In this document: piece after piece, positions 1 through 14,164 of the stretch
Numbering within the stretch: position 1 is the stretch's first letter
How the letters are laid out: each line of letters begins with the position of its first letter
Source: the human T2T-CHM13v2.0 reference genome, Homo sapiens
NCBI RefSeq assembly: GCF_009914755.1
Contig: NC_060925.1
Length of the DNA: 64,000 nt
Direction: 5' to 3' (one strand)
Made by a program: the position numbers and the translations under genes
Notes under the pieces: model-generated
Databases searched by the model: none
Told to the model about the DNA's origin: nothing
Seen by the model: the letters and a program-made list of their open reading frames with translations, nothing else

Positions 1-733
1 GTTGGCCCCATAAATGTCTTCTTTTGAGAAGTGGTCTGTTCATGTCCTTTGCCCAATTTTTGATGGAGTTCTTTGTTTTTTTCTTGTAAACTTTTTTAAG
101 TTTCCTGTAAATTCTGGATATTAGTCATTTGTCAGATGGGTAGATTGCAAAAATTCTCTCCCATTCTGTAGGCTGCTGGTTCACGCCGATGATAGTTTTT
201 TTGCTGTACAGAAGCTCTTTAGTTTAATTGGATCCCATTTATCAATTTTGCTTTTGTTGCAATTGCTTTTGGCAATTTCATCATAAAATCTTTGCCCATG
301 CCTATGTCTTGAATTGTATTGCCTAGATTTTCTTCTAGGGTTTTTATGGTTTTGTGTTGTACATTTAAGTCTTTAATTCATCCTAAAATTTTTGTATAAA
401 ATCCAATGAAGGAGTCCAGTTTCAGTTTTCTGCATATGGCTAGCCAGTCTTCCCAGCACCATTTATTAAATAGGGAATACTTTCCCCATTGATTTTTTTC
501 TGTCAGGTTTGTCAAGCATCAGATGGTTGTTGACGTGTGGACTTATTTCTGAGATCTCTATTCTGTTCCATTGGTTTATTTGTCTATTTTGGTACCAGTA
601 CTATGCTGTTTTGGATACTGTAGCATTGTAGTATAGTTTGAAGTCGGATAGCGTGATGCCTCCAGCTGAGCTGCATTCTTTTTGCTTAGGATTGTCTTGG
701 CTATATGGGTTTTTTGGTTTCATGTAAATTTTA

Positions 734-1052
<319 letters not shown>

Positions 1053-1338
1053 TAAAATAGTTTAAAAAAAAAATTCTGTGAAAAATGTCAATGGTAGTTC
1101 AATGGGAATAACACTGAATCTATAAATTACTTTGGGCAGGATGGCCATTTTTATATTGATTCTTCCTATCCATGAGCATGCAATATTTTTCCATTTGTTT
1201 GTGTCCTCTCTTATTTCCTTGAGCAGTCAGTGGTTTATATTTCTCCTTGAAGAGGTCCTTCATATCCCTTGTTAGCTGTATTCCTAGGCATTTTATTCTC
1301 TTTGTAGCAGTTGTGAATGGGAGTTCATTCATGACTTA

Positions 1339-1431
<93 letters not shown>

Positions 1432-4400
1432 CTAAAGGAGCTTTTGGGCTGAGATGATGGGGTTTCCTAGATATAGGATAATGTTGTTTGCAAATAGAGA
1501 TAATTTGACTTCCTCTCCTCCTATTTGAATACCCTTTATTTCTTTCTCTTACCTGATTGCCCTGGCCAGAACATCCAATACTATGTTTCATACGAATGTT
1601 GAGAGAGGGCATCCTTGTCTTGTGCTGGTTTTCAAAGGGAATGCTTCCAGTTTTTGCCCATTCAGTTTGATATTGGCTGTGGGTTTGCCATAAATGGTTC
1701 TTACTATTTTGAGATATGTTCCATCAGTAACTAGTTTATTGAGAGTTTTTAACAGGAAGGGATGTTGAATTTTATCAAAGGTGTTGTCTGCATCTGTTGA
1801 GATAATCATGTGGTTTTTGTCACTGGTTCTGCTTCTGTGATGAATTATGCTTATTGATTTGTGTGTGTTGAACCAGTCTTGCATTCTGGCAATAAAGCCA
1901 CATTGATCATGGTGGATAAGCTTTTTGATGTGCCACTGGATTCAGTTTGCCAGTATTTTATAGAGAATTTTCACATCAATGTTTATCAGGGATATTGGCC
2001 TGAACTTTTCTTTTTTGTGTGTGTCTCTGCCAGATTTTGGTATCAGGATGATGCTGGCCTCAGAAAATGAGTTAGGGAGAAGTCCTTCCTTTTCAACCAT
2101 TTGGCATTGTTTCAGAAAAAAATGGTACCTGCTCCTCTTTATTCTTTGGTAGAATTTGGCTGTGAATCTGTCTGGTCCTGGGCCTTTATTGGCTGGTCAG
2201 CTATTTATTACTGCCTCAATTTCAGAATTTGTTATTGGTCTATTCAAGGAAGAGACTGAATAACAGAAATTTATCCATTTATCCAGGAATTTATCCATTT
2301 CTTCTAAATTTTCTAGTTCATTTGCATAGAGGTGTTTATAGTATTCTCTGACAGTATTTTGTGTTTCTGTGGGGTCAGTGGTGATACCCCTTTTATCATT
2401 TTTTATTGTGTCTATTTGATTTTTCTCTCTTTTCATCTTAGTCTATCTAGCAGTCTATCTACTTTATTATGTTTTTTTTCAAAAACCAGCTCCTGGATTC
2501 ATTGATTTTTTGAAGGATTCTTTATGTCTCTATCTCCTTCAGTTCCAATCTTATCTTAGTTATTTTTTGTCTTCTGCTAGCTTTTAGATTTGTTTGCTCT
2601 TGCTTCTCTAGATCTTTTAGTTTCAATGTTAGAATGTTGATTTGAGATCTTTTGAGCCTTCTGATATGGGCATTTAGTACTATAAATTTCCTTCTTAACG
2701 CTGCTTTTGCTGCGTCCCAGAGATTCTGGTACATTTTCACTTTGTTCTTATTCCTTTCATAGAACTTCTTGATTTCTGCCTTAATTTCATTATTTACCCA
2801 GGATTTATTTGGGAGCAGGTTGTTCAATGTCCATGTAATTGTGTGGTTTTGAGTGAATTTCTTAATCTTGAGTTCTAATTCAATTGTGCTGTAGTCTGAA
2901 AAACTGTTATGATTTCAGTATTTTTTGTATTTGCTGAGGAGTGTTTTACTTCCAATATGTGATTGATTTTAGAGTAAGTGTGAGAAGAATGTTTATTCTG
3001 TTGTTTTCGGGTGGAGAGTTCTCTAGATATCTATCAGGTCCACTTAATCCAGAGCTGAGTTCAAGTCCTAAATATCCTTGTTAATTTTCTTTCTCAATGA
3101 TCTGTTTAATATTGACAGTGGGGTGTTAAAGTCTTCCACTATTATTGTATGTCAGTCTAAGTATCTTTGTAGATCTCTATGAACTTGTTTCATGGATCTG
3201 GGTGTTCTTGCAATGGGTGCATATATATTTAGTATAGTTAGCTCTTCTTGTTTATTTGAACCCTTTACCATTATGTAATGCCCTTCTTTGTCTTTTTTTA
3301 TCTTTGTTGGTTTAAAGTCTATTTTGTCAGAGATAAGGATTGCAACCCCTGCTTTTTTCTGCTTTCCATTTGCTTAGTACATTTTCCTCCATCCCTTTAA
3401 TTTGAGCCTATGTGTGTCTTTGAGATGGGTCTCTTGAATACAGCACACTCATGAGTCTTGACTTTTTACTTATTTGGCCAGTCTGTGTCTTTTAATTGGG
3501 GCACTTAGCCCATTTACATTTGAGTTTAATATTGTTATGTGTGAATTTGATTCTGTCATCATGATTCTATCTGGTTATTTGGCACACTAGTTGATATGGT
3601 TTCTTCATAGTGTCATTGGTATTTGTATTTCAGTGTGTTTTTGCAGTGGTTGGTACTAGTTTTTCCTTTCTATATTTAGTGCTTTCTTCAGGAGTTCTTG
3701 CAAGGCAGGCCTGGTGGTGATGAAATCCCTCAGCATTTGCTTGTCTGAAAAGGATTTTATTTCTCCTTTGTTTATGAAGCTCAGTTTGGCTGGATATGAA
3801 ATTCTGGGTTGAAAATTCTTTTCTTTAAGAATGTTGAATATTGGCCCCCAATCTCTTCTGGCTTGTAGGGCTTCTACTGGAGTTCTACTGTTAGTCTGAT
3901 GGGCTTCCCTTTGTAGGTGACCTGGCCTTTCTCTCTGGATGTTCTTAACATTTTTTCCTTCATTTCAATCTTAGAGAATCTGAAGATTATGTGTCTTGGG
4001 GTTGATCTTCTTATGGAGTATCTTACTGGGGTTCTCCATATTTGCTGAATTTGAATGTTGGTCTGTATTGCTAGGTTGGGGAATTTCTCCTGGATGGTAT
4101 GCTGAAGTGTGTTTTCCAACTTGGTTTCATTCTCCTCATCTCTTTCAGGTACTCCAATCAGTCATGGGTTTGGTCATTTTACAGAGTCCCATAGTTCTCG
4201 GATGTTTTGTTCATTCCGTTTCATTCTTTTTTCTCTATTCCTGTCTCCCTAGCTTATTTCAATGAGATAGTCTTCAAGCTCTGATGTTCTTTCTTCCACT
4301 TGATTGATTCAGCTATTGATACTTGTGTATGCATCACGAAGTTCTCATGCTGTGTTTCTCAGGTCATTTATGTTCCTCTCTAAACTGGTTATGCTAGTAA

Positions 4401-5409
4401 GGACTTACAGTAACCTTTCGTCATGGTTCTTAGCTTCTTTGCATTGGGTTAGAACATGCTCCTTTACCTCAGCACTTTGTTATTACCCACCTTCTGAAGC
4501 TACTTCTGTCAATTCGTCCATTTCCTTCTCTGTCCAGTTTTGTTCCTTTGCTGGAGAGATATTATGATCATTTGGAGGAGAAGAGGCACTCTAGCCTTGT
4601 GAGTTTTCAGTGTTTTTTTCATTGATTCTTTTTATCTTCATGAGTTTGTCTAGTTTTGATCTTTGAGGCTGCTTTGATGAGGTTTTCGTGGGGACTTTTT
4701 GTTGATTGCTGTTGAGGCTTTCTGTTTGTTTGCTTTACTTTCAGTAGTCAGGTTCCTCTTCTGTAGGGCTGTTGAAGTTTTTTGGGGATTCACTTCAGGT
4801 CCTATTCATCTGGGGCACCACTGCACCTGGGGATGTCACACGAGGAGGCTGGAAAAAAGCAAAGGATGGGTGCCTGCTCCTTCCTCTGTGATCTCTGACC
4901 TCAAGGGGCACTGACCTGACTAGGAACGCTCCTGTATAGGGTGTCTGGTCGCCCCTGTTGTGGGGGGTCTCACCCAGTTGAGGGGCATGGGAATCAAGAC
5001 CCATTTAACAAAGCACTTTGGCTATCTGTTGGTGGAGGGGGTGTGTTGTGCTGGGGGGAAAGCCACTCATCTGGCCTGCTTGGATTCCTCAGAGCTAGCA
5101 AGGCAAAAGGCTAAGCCTGCTGATCCATGGAGACTATGACCACCCTACCCCTTAGGGGTTCAGACCCAGGGACATCAGAGTTCTGTCCCTAAGCACCTGG
5201 CTGGAGTTGCTGGAGTTGCTTCAGGGAGGCCCAGCCCAGTGAGGAAGGATGGGTCAGTGTCTGGCCTAAAGAGGCAGTCTGGCCATGGTCTGCTACAGCT
5301 GGTGTGCTGTGCTGTGGGGAATACCTACTGGGACCAAGCCATCTAATTTTCCCAGTTCCAGCAGGGGAACAATGCAGCCTGGAGCTATAGTGATTGCTGC
5401 TGCCCTTCC

Positions 5410-5665
5410 CCCCGGGAGTTCAGTGTTTTAGGCAGTTAGCAGCCTCCATGATGGTTGCCATCTCTCTTCTGGGGAACTCAGTTTTCTTAGGCAGTCGACA
5501 GCTGCAGTGATGCTGGCTGCCCCTCCCTCAGGGAGCTCAGTTGTCTTAGGCAGCCATGATGATGACTGCTACCCTTTCTCTAGGGAGCTCAGATGGCTTA
5601 GACAGCAGGCAGCAGCAGTAATGACAGCTGTCCCTCCCTTTAGGAACTTGATGGTCTTAGGCAAA
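5410..5665. repeat. Degenerate tandem array (~5 units of 52-60 bp) in the old L1 5'UTR
   Basis: Motif gggagctcag..tcttaggcag recurs at about 5414, 5471, 5531, 5583 and 5643. Confidence 0.8.
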
Positions 5666-5960
5666 CTCCAGCTAAGTGGCTGATGAGAACCTGCATGGCT
5701 CTGTGGTTGGGGCCCAAGGACCTGGTGGTATGGGCTCCCGAGTGGGATCTTCTGATCTGTAGGTTGCATGGTTCCATGGAAAAAGCACCCTTTCCCAGGC
5801 TGAGTAGCATGCTCATTCACCCCCTTCCTTGGCTGGGGGTGGGGGTTCCCCTGCCCCATGTGGCTCTCAGGTGGGCCAATGCACCACCCTGCTTTTCCTT
5901 GCTCTCCGAGGGTAATGCCAACTGCCTAGTCAGTTCTGATGATAGAACCAGGATACCTTG

Positions 5961-6018
5961 TGTATTAGTCCATTTTCATGCTGCTGATGAAGACATACCC
6001 AAGACTGGGCAATTTACA

Positions 6019-6057
<39 letters not shown>

Positions 6058-8260
6058 AGGTTTATTGGACTCACAGTTTTACGTGCCTGGGGAGGCCTCA
6101 CAATCATGGTGGAAGGTGAAATGTACATCTCACATGGAAGCAGATGAGAGAAGAGAGCTTGTGCAGGGAAACTCCCATTTTTAAAACCATCAGATCATAT
6201 GAGACTTATTCACTATCACAAGAACAGCAAGGGAAAGACCCACCTCCATGATTCAATTTACCTCCCAACAGGTTTTTTCACAACATTTGGGAATTATGGG
6301 AATGAGATTTGGGTGGTGACACAGCCAAACTGTATTATTTCACCCCTGACTCCTCATGTCCTCACATTTCAAAACCAGTAATGCCTTCCCAACAGTCTCC
6401 CAAAGTCTTAACTCATTTCAGCATTAACTCAAAAGTCCACAGTCCAAAGTCTCATCCAAGATAAGGCACGTTACTTCCATCTACGAGCCTGTAAAATCAA
6501 AAGCAAGTTAGCTACTTCCTGGATACAATGGGGGTACAGGCATTGGGTAAATACAGGCATTCCAAATGGGAGAAATTGGCCAAAACAAAGAGGCTACAGG
6601 TCCCATGCAAATCTGAAATCCAGCAGGGCAGCAAAATCTTAAGGCTCCAAAATGATCTCCTTTGACTGCATGTCTTGCATCTAGGTCACATTGATGTAAG
6701 AGGTGGGTTCCCATGGTCTTGGGCAGCTCTGACCCTTTGGCTTTGCAGGGTACAGCTTCCCTCCTGGCTGCTTTCATGGGCTGGCATTGAGTGTCAGTGT
6801 CTGTGGCTTTTCCAGGTGCATGGTACAAATTGTTGGTGAATCTACCATTCTGGGGTCTGGAGGATAGTGGCCCTCTTTTCATGCCTCCACTAGGTGGTGC
6901 CCCAGTAGGGACTCTGTGTGGTAGCTTCAACCCCAAATTTCCCTTCCACACTGCCCTAGTAGAGGTTCTCCATGAGAGCCCCGCTGCTGCAGCAAACTTC
7001 TGCCTGGGCATCCAGGAGTCTCTGTAAGTCTTCTGAAATCTAGGCGGAGGTTCCCAAACCTCAATTCTTGACTTCTATGTACTTGCATGCTCAATACCAC
7101 ATGGAAACTGCCAAGGCTTGGGGCTTGCACCCTTTGAAGCCATGGCCCAAGCTCTCCTTTGGCCCCTTTTAGCCATGGCTGGAGCGACTGGGATGTAGGA
7201 CACCTAGTCCCTATGCTGCACACAGCATGGGGACCCTGGGCCTGGCACATAAAACCACTGTTTCCTCCTAGCCTCTGGGAGGGGCTGCCAGGAAGTCCTC
7301 TGACATTCCCTGGAGACATTTTCCCAATTGTCTTGGGGATTAGTATTTGGCTCCTCATTATTTATGCAAATTTCTGCAGCTAGCTTGGATTTCTTCTCAG
7401 AAAATGGGATTTTCTTTTCTACTGCATTGTCATGCTGCAAGTGTTCTGAATTTTTATGCTCTGCTTCCCTTATAAAAATGAATGTCTTTAACAGCACCTG
7501 TCACTTCTTAAATACTTTGCTGCTTAGAAATTTCTTCTGTCAGATAACCCTAAATCATCTCTCTCAAGTTCAAAGTTCCACAAATCTCTAAGGCAGGGGC
7601 AAAATGCTGAGAGTCTCTTTGCTAAAACATAACAGGAGTCACCTTTGTTCCAGGTTTCAGTAAGTTTCTCCTTTCCATCTGAGACCACCTCAGACTGAAT
7701 TTTATTGTCCGTATTGCTATCAGCATTTTGTGCAAAGCCATTCAACAAGTATGTAGGAATTTCCAGTTTCCCACATTTTCCTGTCTTCTTCTGAACTCTC
7801 CAAACTGTTCCAACTCCTGGCTGTTACCCTGTTCCAAAGTTGCTGCCACATTTTCGGGTATCTTTCCAGTGGTGTGCCCCATTCTACTGGTACCAATTTA
7901 CTGTATTAGTCCATTTTCATGCTGCTAATAAAGACATATCTGAGACTGGGCAATTTACAAAACAGAGAGGTTTATTGGACTCACAGTTCCACCTGGCTGG
8001 GGAGGCCTCACAATCATGGTGGAAGGTGAAAGGCACGTCTCACATGGTGGCAGACCGGAGAAGAAAGCTTGTGCAGGGAAAATCCCATTGTTAAAACCAT
8101 CATATCTTGTGAGACTTATTCACTATCATGAGAACAGCACAGGAAAGACCCATCCCCATGAGTCAATTATCTCCCTCCAGGTCCCTCCTACAACACATGG
8201 GAATTGTGGGAGTTACAATGCAAGATGAGATTTGGGTGGGGACACAGCCAAACCATATCA
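5961..8260 (-). mobile_element. Full-length THE1A-like MaLR provirus (3' LTR 5961-6337, internal 6338-7901, 5' LTR 7902-8260)
   Basis: Two LTRs beginning tgtattagtccattttcatgctgct; perfect 5-bp TSD CCTTG at 5956-5960 and 8261-8265; ~1.56 kb internal region. Confidence 0.95.
6016..6054. repeat. (CA)n microsatellite within the THE1A 3' LTR
   Basis: Direct reading; absent from the sister LTR. Confidence 0.95.
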
Positions 8261-8976
8261 CCTTGGTTGCCAGTGCAGGATTCACATGCTGTTTTTGTTC
8301 TTCTTGGTGGGAGCTTCCAACTGCTGCTGCTTCTAGTTGGCCATCTTAACCCCACCCCTCTACAGTTTTCTTTAGAAACATAATTTTCCCTCTCCTCCTT
8401 CCCATTTCTACCAAAGACCAGTCACAATAGGAACAACTTATTTGAAAAATTTATTTTAGTCTTATTATACTTGGTGTGATTATTTTTATAGTAGTGTGCA
8501 CAAATAATAGTTATTGGCTATACAGGCTCTTTTAAAATTGGCTTTGCTGTACTTTTTTTCATAAAGAATTTTAAGTTAGACTTTTAAAAGCCTCTTGAGC
8601 CAAGCCAAAAATTTATCTATGCCTGCAGATACCTGTATGAAATTGGTAAATTCCTCTCTTTTTGATGTTCTAAAATAACTTGGTGTTCCTGGGCCTGTCA
8701 GAAAGTGGCATTTCTTTACTTACTACAGGAATTTTGTAAAGAAATTATATTATATAAAGGAAGTATCAGAGCAGTCTTTTCAAGAATCCTTTTCTCACCT
8801 CTATAAAGTCAACCTTAATTCTTAAAAGTAGTCTGGTCATATCTGAAAATATGACATTTCAGCCAAAGCCTTGGTAAAATAACCAGTGTTTTCTATTGTG
8901 TCCTGTTTTAAAAGAGAACAAATACTTATTGAACTTATTCAAATAACTCTAATGCCATAAATTAAGAATATTCACA

Positions 8977-9069
8977 CCTGGGTGATGGGATCATGTGTAC
9001 CCCAAACCTCAGGGTTGCTCAGGTAAGAAACATGCACATGTAACCCCTGAATCTAAAGTCAAAGTTGAA
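8977..9069 (+). mobile_element. Very short 3'-end L1 fragment (L1PB/L1MA-like)
   Basis: ctgggtgatgggatc..accccaaacctcag..gcacatgtaacccctgaatctaaa plus A tail; degenerate TSD aagaatattcaca (8964-8976) / aaaaatactcaaa (9070-9082). Confidence 0.75.
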
Positions 9070-10282
9070 AAAAATACTCAAAAATATTTTATTCTGGAGA
9101 AATCAGATGGAGAGAAAAAGATATGCTTTAAATTTTCCTTGCAAGAGTAAGTATACTTTGCCCAATTTGTTGTAAGTTATAAGTAGCCCAACAGAAAAAA
9201 ATTCATGACTCTGGAAAATAAAATATAAAAAGAATCAGTATGTTTCACATTTTAAAAGTAAAAGAAAAGTTTAGTTCTCTATTATTTCAATCTCATGTAA
9301 TTAACTGTTGTTCTGCTTGATGTTGGGTTAGGAATCCCCATGAACAAACCAGCTTTTTGATTAAAGTCTTGGAAGATTTTTTCCAAGCCCAAAGGTATAA
9401 TCTCCAAAATTATCAGAAAACTGTACTCAACAGAACTTGTCAGAGTCCTTTCTATGATTTTCTTTAAAAAAGCAAATTTTTGACTGTGGCTGATTATAAT
9501 CTATTTTTTGAGAAGAATCAAAGTAAAACAATAATTGCTTTGAACGACATTAGTCTTAGAACAATCATAATTAAAGACAAAATTGACAAGGAAATTGGGT
9601 TATTTCTGGGACACACAACAATTTACCATAATAATCATAATTATTAATCCTAACCTATAGTACGACATCAGAATTTTAGGAATTTCATGCAACTGTGGGA
9701 CACATGGTAAAAACATGTTTTTATAAACATAACCCACAGAAAGTTAAACATCACTTTATATTTGGCAATGCTTCTTGTATAATTTTAATAGGCTGTTTAT
9801 ATCTCTTTTGGACTTTCACGGGCCCTAATATCCAAACTGTTAATTTGAGGTAAAAAAGATTAAATTTATAATTTGAAATACAATTTTGGAAAATTTGTCA
9901 AATATCAAAGGTCTAAAAACTTGATATCACAAAATAGTTTCACAGGTCACTGTAAAATAAGTCATTCATTTAGCCAATGTGATAATTCAAAGATTTCAAA
10001 AAGCAAAATCCTTTACTCTTTTATAGAGAGAAGACTTGGTTTCCCAAACAATCAAAATACATCAGAAGGCAAACTGAATCAATCTCTTCCTCTTTCCCTC
10101 TTTTTGTTTGTAGCTTACTCAAAAAGTAAACAAAAATATTTTATTTCTTATTATTATTACATGGAAATCTCTTTCCAAAGAGAAACCTAAATTTCACTTT
10201 TACATTCATGTATTATAATTCTAAAGTTAATTGTAATAAAACCTAATAAACAAATACATTCTTAATCAGTTTGAATACGAGG

Positions 10283-10503
10283 TAATATGGTTGTTTTATA
10301 AGGGGTGCTTCCTGCTTCACTCAGCACTTCTTCCTGCTGCCTGTGAGCAAAATGCCTTGCTTCCCTTTCACCGTCTGCCATGATTGTCAGTTTACTGAGG
10401 CCTCCCTAGTCATGCTGAACTGTGAGTCAATTAAACTTCTTTCCTTTGTAAATTACCCAGTTTCAGGTAGTTCTTTATAGCAGTATAAAAATGAACTAAT
10501 ACA
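10283..10503 (+). mobile_element. THE1D/MSTA-type solo LTR with internal deletion
   Basis: Starts taatatgg (cf. tgatatgg), jumps to the ttttataagggg segment, ends aactaataca; TSD cgagg/caagg. Confidence 0.85.
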
Positions 10504-11813
10504 CAAGGTAAGATTACTATAAACCTTTCATAACGCTTTACAATATTTTCCATTCTCTTTTTTCAGCTTTCTATACATTGTTTTATTTATCATTCCTTTT
10601 AATTCATTTAAAACAACACTTAAAGCCTCTAACTTAGGCAAAAATGCTTTTCCTTTAACAAAAATCACATCATTATCATATCTTCTTATAATCTTTTCAA
10701 ATCAAAAACACATCCTGCTTTTCTTATACACTTTGTATATAGAATTGTTTGTCTTATATCTAGTGCTTTTAATTATATACATTAGTTACAGTGTTAACTG
10801 TTAGTAACCCTTGTTTTTAGTGAAAAACTTAGACGCTAAATACTTTTAAAGATGCAGAACCCAGGACAAAGGCACAGAACTTAGATATAAACAAAGGTAA
10901 GCTTTGTTATGTAAACTTTAGGCCATTTTCTTCTCCATCCTAAAAGTTTGTAGAGGTTTAGGTGCACAGAGGGAGAATGCTCTCACAAATGGAGATTTTT
11001 GTTTATAGATGTAAATTGATTTTACAAAAGAGGTTCATAATAGCCAGATAAATGTCAGAAAGTTGTATTTTGGCTTTTTAACTTAGCTTATATCTTAATT
11101 ACATTATTGGCTTCCAGGTGGAGCCCTTTCATGAGAAGAAAGAAAGTATGCAGTTTATAGTGCTAAAAATTTAAATGTGAAAAGCAGGCACAGGTGGAAG
11201 GTAGAACACAGGTCCCTCAAAATCAGGGATCCCATTTTTACATTAAACTCTGGGTCCCAAAAGTAGAGAAACACCATGGGACTAGAGAGTGCAATGCTTC
11301 CATGGAGTATCTCGCTGCAAGCACATTCCCATTCCCCAGAGGCTGGTGGGCAACTCACTGTTAGTCAGCCCACTCTGTAATCACCTCATTTCCCAGGAGT
11401 CTTATCCCTCAGGGGGGAGTGTTTCCATAACCTCTAAGGGTCTCCAGGTCAGCCTTTCCTTATCCAAATGCACAAAGAGACAAGCGGCCCCCTGTGGTAA
11501 TAATCATTTATTGTCGACAACTGTCATTAGTCACTTCTAACACAGTGAATAGTTCTATTTTCCAAATATTTGTGAAACCAGCACTCTATCCCACTGACAT
11601 TCTTTGAAAGTAGAATTTGGAAGAATATATTCTGAAGAAAGTTCCTAAAAGCATAACTTATACAGGAATCTATGAAGCAAACTAAGCAGAATGTATAATT
11701 GTGTTACATATAACATCCTCTTTTGTGACACTAAGTAATTGTTCCACCTTACCAGATCAACTGCAGCAGCACACAACATAACGCAGTCATTTCTTTCATT
11801 TAAAAAAGCAATA

Positions 11814-12105
11814 GGCCAGGTGTGGTGGCTTACGCCTTTATAATCCTAGCACTTTGGGAGGCTGAGGCAGGCAGATCACGAGGTCAGGAGGTCAAGACCA
11901 GCCTGGCCAACATGGTGAAATAAAAATTAGCTGGGCGTGGTAGCAGGCACCTGTAATCCCAGCTACTCAGGAGGCAGGCTGAGGTAGGAGAGTTACTTAC
12001 CTGGAGGCAGAGGTTTCAGTGAGCTGAGATTGTGCCACTGCACTCCAGCCTAGGTGACAGAGCAAGACTCCAACTCAAAAAATATATATAATAATAAAAT
12101 AAAAT
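11814..12105 (+). mobile_element. AluS (Sc/Sg-like) with ~20-bp deletion at the middle A-rich linker
   Basis: ggccaggtgtggtggct start; gatcacgaggtc diagnostic; ggtgaaa|taaaaattag junction. Confidence 0.9.
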
Positions 12106-12197
12106 AGAAATCTCTTTATTGACTGCACTCAATTACCATCCCAGTTTTCTGACCCCCTGTTCTGCTCATCTCATTTAAAAAGTTGTCCGCATGTGCT

Positions 12198-12590
12198 GTG
12201 TTTTGTGCTGAATTCTGTATCCCCTCTAAATTCATATATGGAATCCCTGACTCCCTCGTACCACAGAACGTGACTACGTTTGGAGATAGGGCCTTGATTA
12301 AGTTAAAGCAAGGCCACTGGGGGGGCCCTAATCAAATCTGACTAGTGTCCTTAAAGAAGAGGAAATTTGAACCCACAGAGAGACACTAGGGGAACGGGCA
12401 CAGAGGAAAGACCACATGAAGACACCATGAGAAGGCAGCCCCCTGCAAGCCAAGGAGAAAGTCCTCAGGAGAAACCGGACCTGCCAACACCTTGATCTTT
12501 GGACTTTAAGCCTCCACAATGGAGAGGAAATATATTTCTGTTCTTTTAACCCAGCAGTCTGTGATATTTTTTTATAGTCACCCTAGCTGC
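12198..12590 (+). mobile_element. MLT1B-like MaLR solo LTR
   Basis: gtgactacgtttggagatagggcc..cctgccaacaccttgatc..ggact MLT1 motifs. Confidence 0.85.
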
Positions 12591-13048
12591 CTCCAATTCG
12601 TCTCTTCCATTTCCTCTTGAGCCTACTCCACTCAGGTTTTTCCCAACATAGCTCTTCCGAAATGACACATAAGGACACCACACAGCATGTGATATAGTTG
12701 ATTACTCTTTCTTCCTTAGAAACCACTTTTCACTTGGCTTCTAGGACACCAAACTCTTCTGGATTTCCTCCTACTTCCCTGACCACACCTTCTCGGTCTT
12801 CATTCAGATTTTTCCTTGTCCCCCTAATCTCTTGAACAACCCTCCCACCCTGGGGTTCCCTACTCCACTTTTCTTCTTCTGCTGTCTCTGCCCATTATTA
12901 TCTAGCTTGCATACTTATTATTATTGTCTGATTTCAACACAAGAAGGTGAGGATTTTTTGTCTGTTTTATCCACTGATAGATTACCACCTAGAACAGTTC
13001 CTGGCACATATTAAGTAAGCACAATAAATGCTTTTTGAATGAATAAAT
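12591..13048 (+). mobile_element. L2 fragments including 3' end
   Basis: cttggcttctaggacaccaaactct; cctagaacagttcctggcacata..aataaatgctttttgaatgaat tail. Confidence 0.75.
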
Positions 13049-13199
13049 TAGATGACATCAATTGATACACTAAGAAAATGGTATTTTGTTTAGTCTAGGG
13101 TCCTGCTTTTCTCATTAAGTTCTCTTCTGATGAACTTTTCTTGTGTTTCTTTGTTTGGAAGCAGGAGAGGTTTATTTCAGTAACATTTCTGAAGTTCTA

Positions 13200-13400
13200 G
13201 GATAGTCTAGTGTCAAGAGCATGGGCTCCAAACCTGGATGTTGTACTTTCACTGGTTGTGATACTATGAGTACACTCTTTAACCTTTCTGTGCCTGTCAA
13301 CTCAAATTTGAACAAAAGCTAGTAATTATTTCTCTCCATAGGGTTATCATGAAGGTTAAGTGAGAGAATGAATATGTAACACAGAGCCTCTTGCCTTGCA
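13200..13400 (+). mobile_element. MIR
   Basis: aagagcatgggct..ttaacctttctgtgcct..catagggttatcatgaaggttaagtgag core. Confidence 0.7.
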
Positions 13401-13803
13401 AGCCCTCAGTGTTATCTTCCATCATTGATACGATTAGAATATCTGTAGCAAAAATACATCAGTTTCTTGAATAGAGGAATCTTGGCTTTTCTTTCTTTTT
13501 TTTCCCCCACCAGTTGCTATTATTGTAATCTGCATAACGAAGCCACTCAGAAATTCTCCCCAATAACCTCTAAGTAACCCCCTAACTACCTAGGAGTAAG
13601 GAGACATCGGAGCCCCAAAGGTACAGACATCTGTATAGAAGAGTGCCAGCACTCATTTTTATTTCTCTATTCAAAGCTTCACATGATGTCCAAAATATCT
13701 CTTGTAATTCTGTGCAAAAAGATGGAAGACAATCTGGGATCCTCTTCAAATTTAAGAGTTATGAGTCAATAAAATTATTTTTTGATTTGGAAGTGCAGTG
13801 TAT

Positions 13804-14164
13804 ATGTGTGTATGTATATATATATGTATTATATATGTGTGTATGTGTGTGTGTTTATCTATCACACACACACAGAGAGATAGAGAGAGAGAGAGTCTCA
13901 CTCTGTCACCTAGGCTGGAGTGCAGTGGCCCAATCATGGCTCTCTGTAGCCTCGGTCCTTCCCCCAAGGGTCAGGTGATCCTCCTAACTCTGCCTCCTGA
14001 GTAGCTGGGACCACAGGTGTGCACCATCACTCCTGGCTAAGTTTTTTATTGTTATTTTTAGAGACGGGATCTCCCTATGTTGTTCAGGCTGGTGTCAAGT
14101 TCCTGGGTCCCACCTTGGCTTCCCAAAGTGTTGGGATTCCAGGCGTGAGCCACCATGCCCAGCC
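13804..14164 (-). mobile_element. AluJ with tail converted to compound (TA/TG/CA/GA) microsatellite
   Basis: Alu body ~13893-14164; TSD gaagtgcagtgta (13790-13802) / gaagtgcagtata (14166-14178). Confidence 0.9.

Larger units (their letters stand above)
8361..11540 (-). mobile_element. ERV1 (MER4-group) non-coding internal remnant
   Basis: Reverse complement of 8920-8975 aligns with 28263-28320 of the ERV internal region; AT-rich MER4-group-like sequence; right boundary approximate. Confidence 0.7.

Noticed and set aside
6508-7497. 167-aa and neighbouring ORFs
   Set aside because: Remnants of the THE1 internal region.
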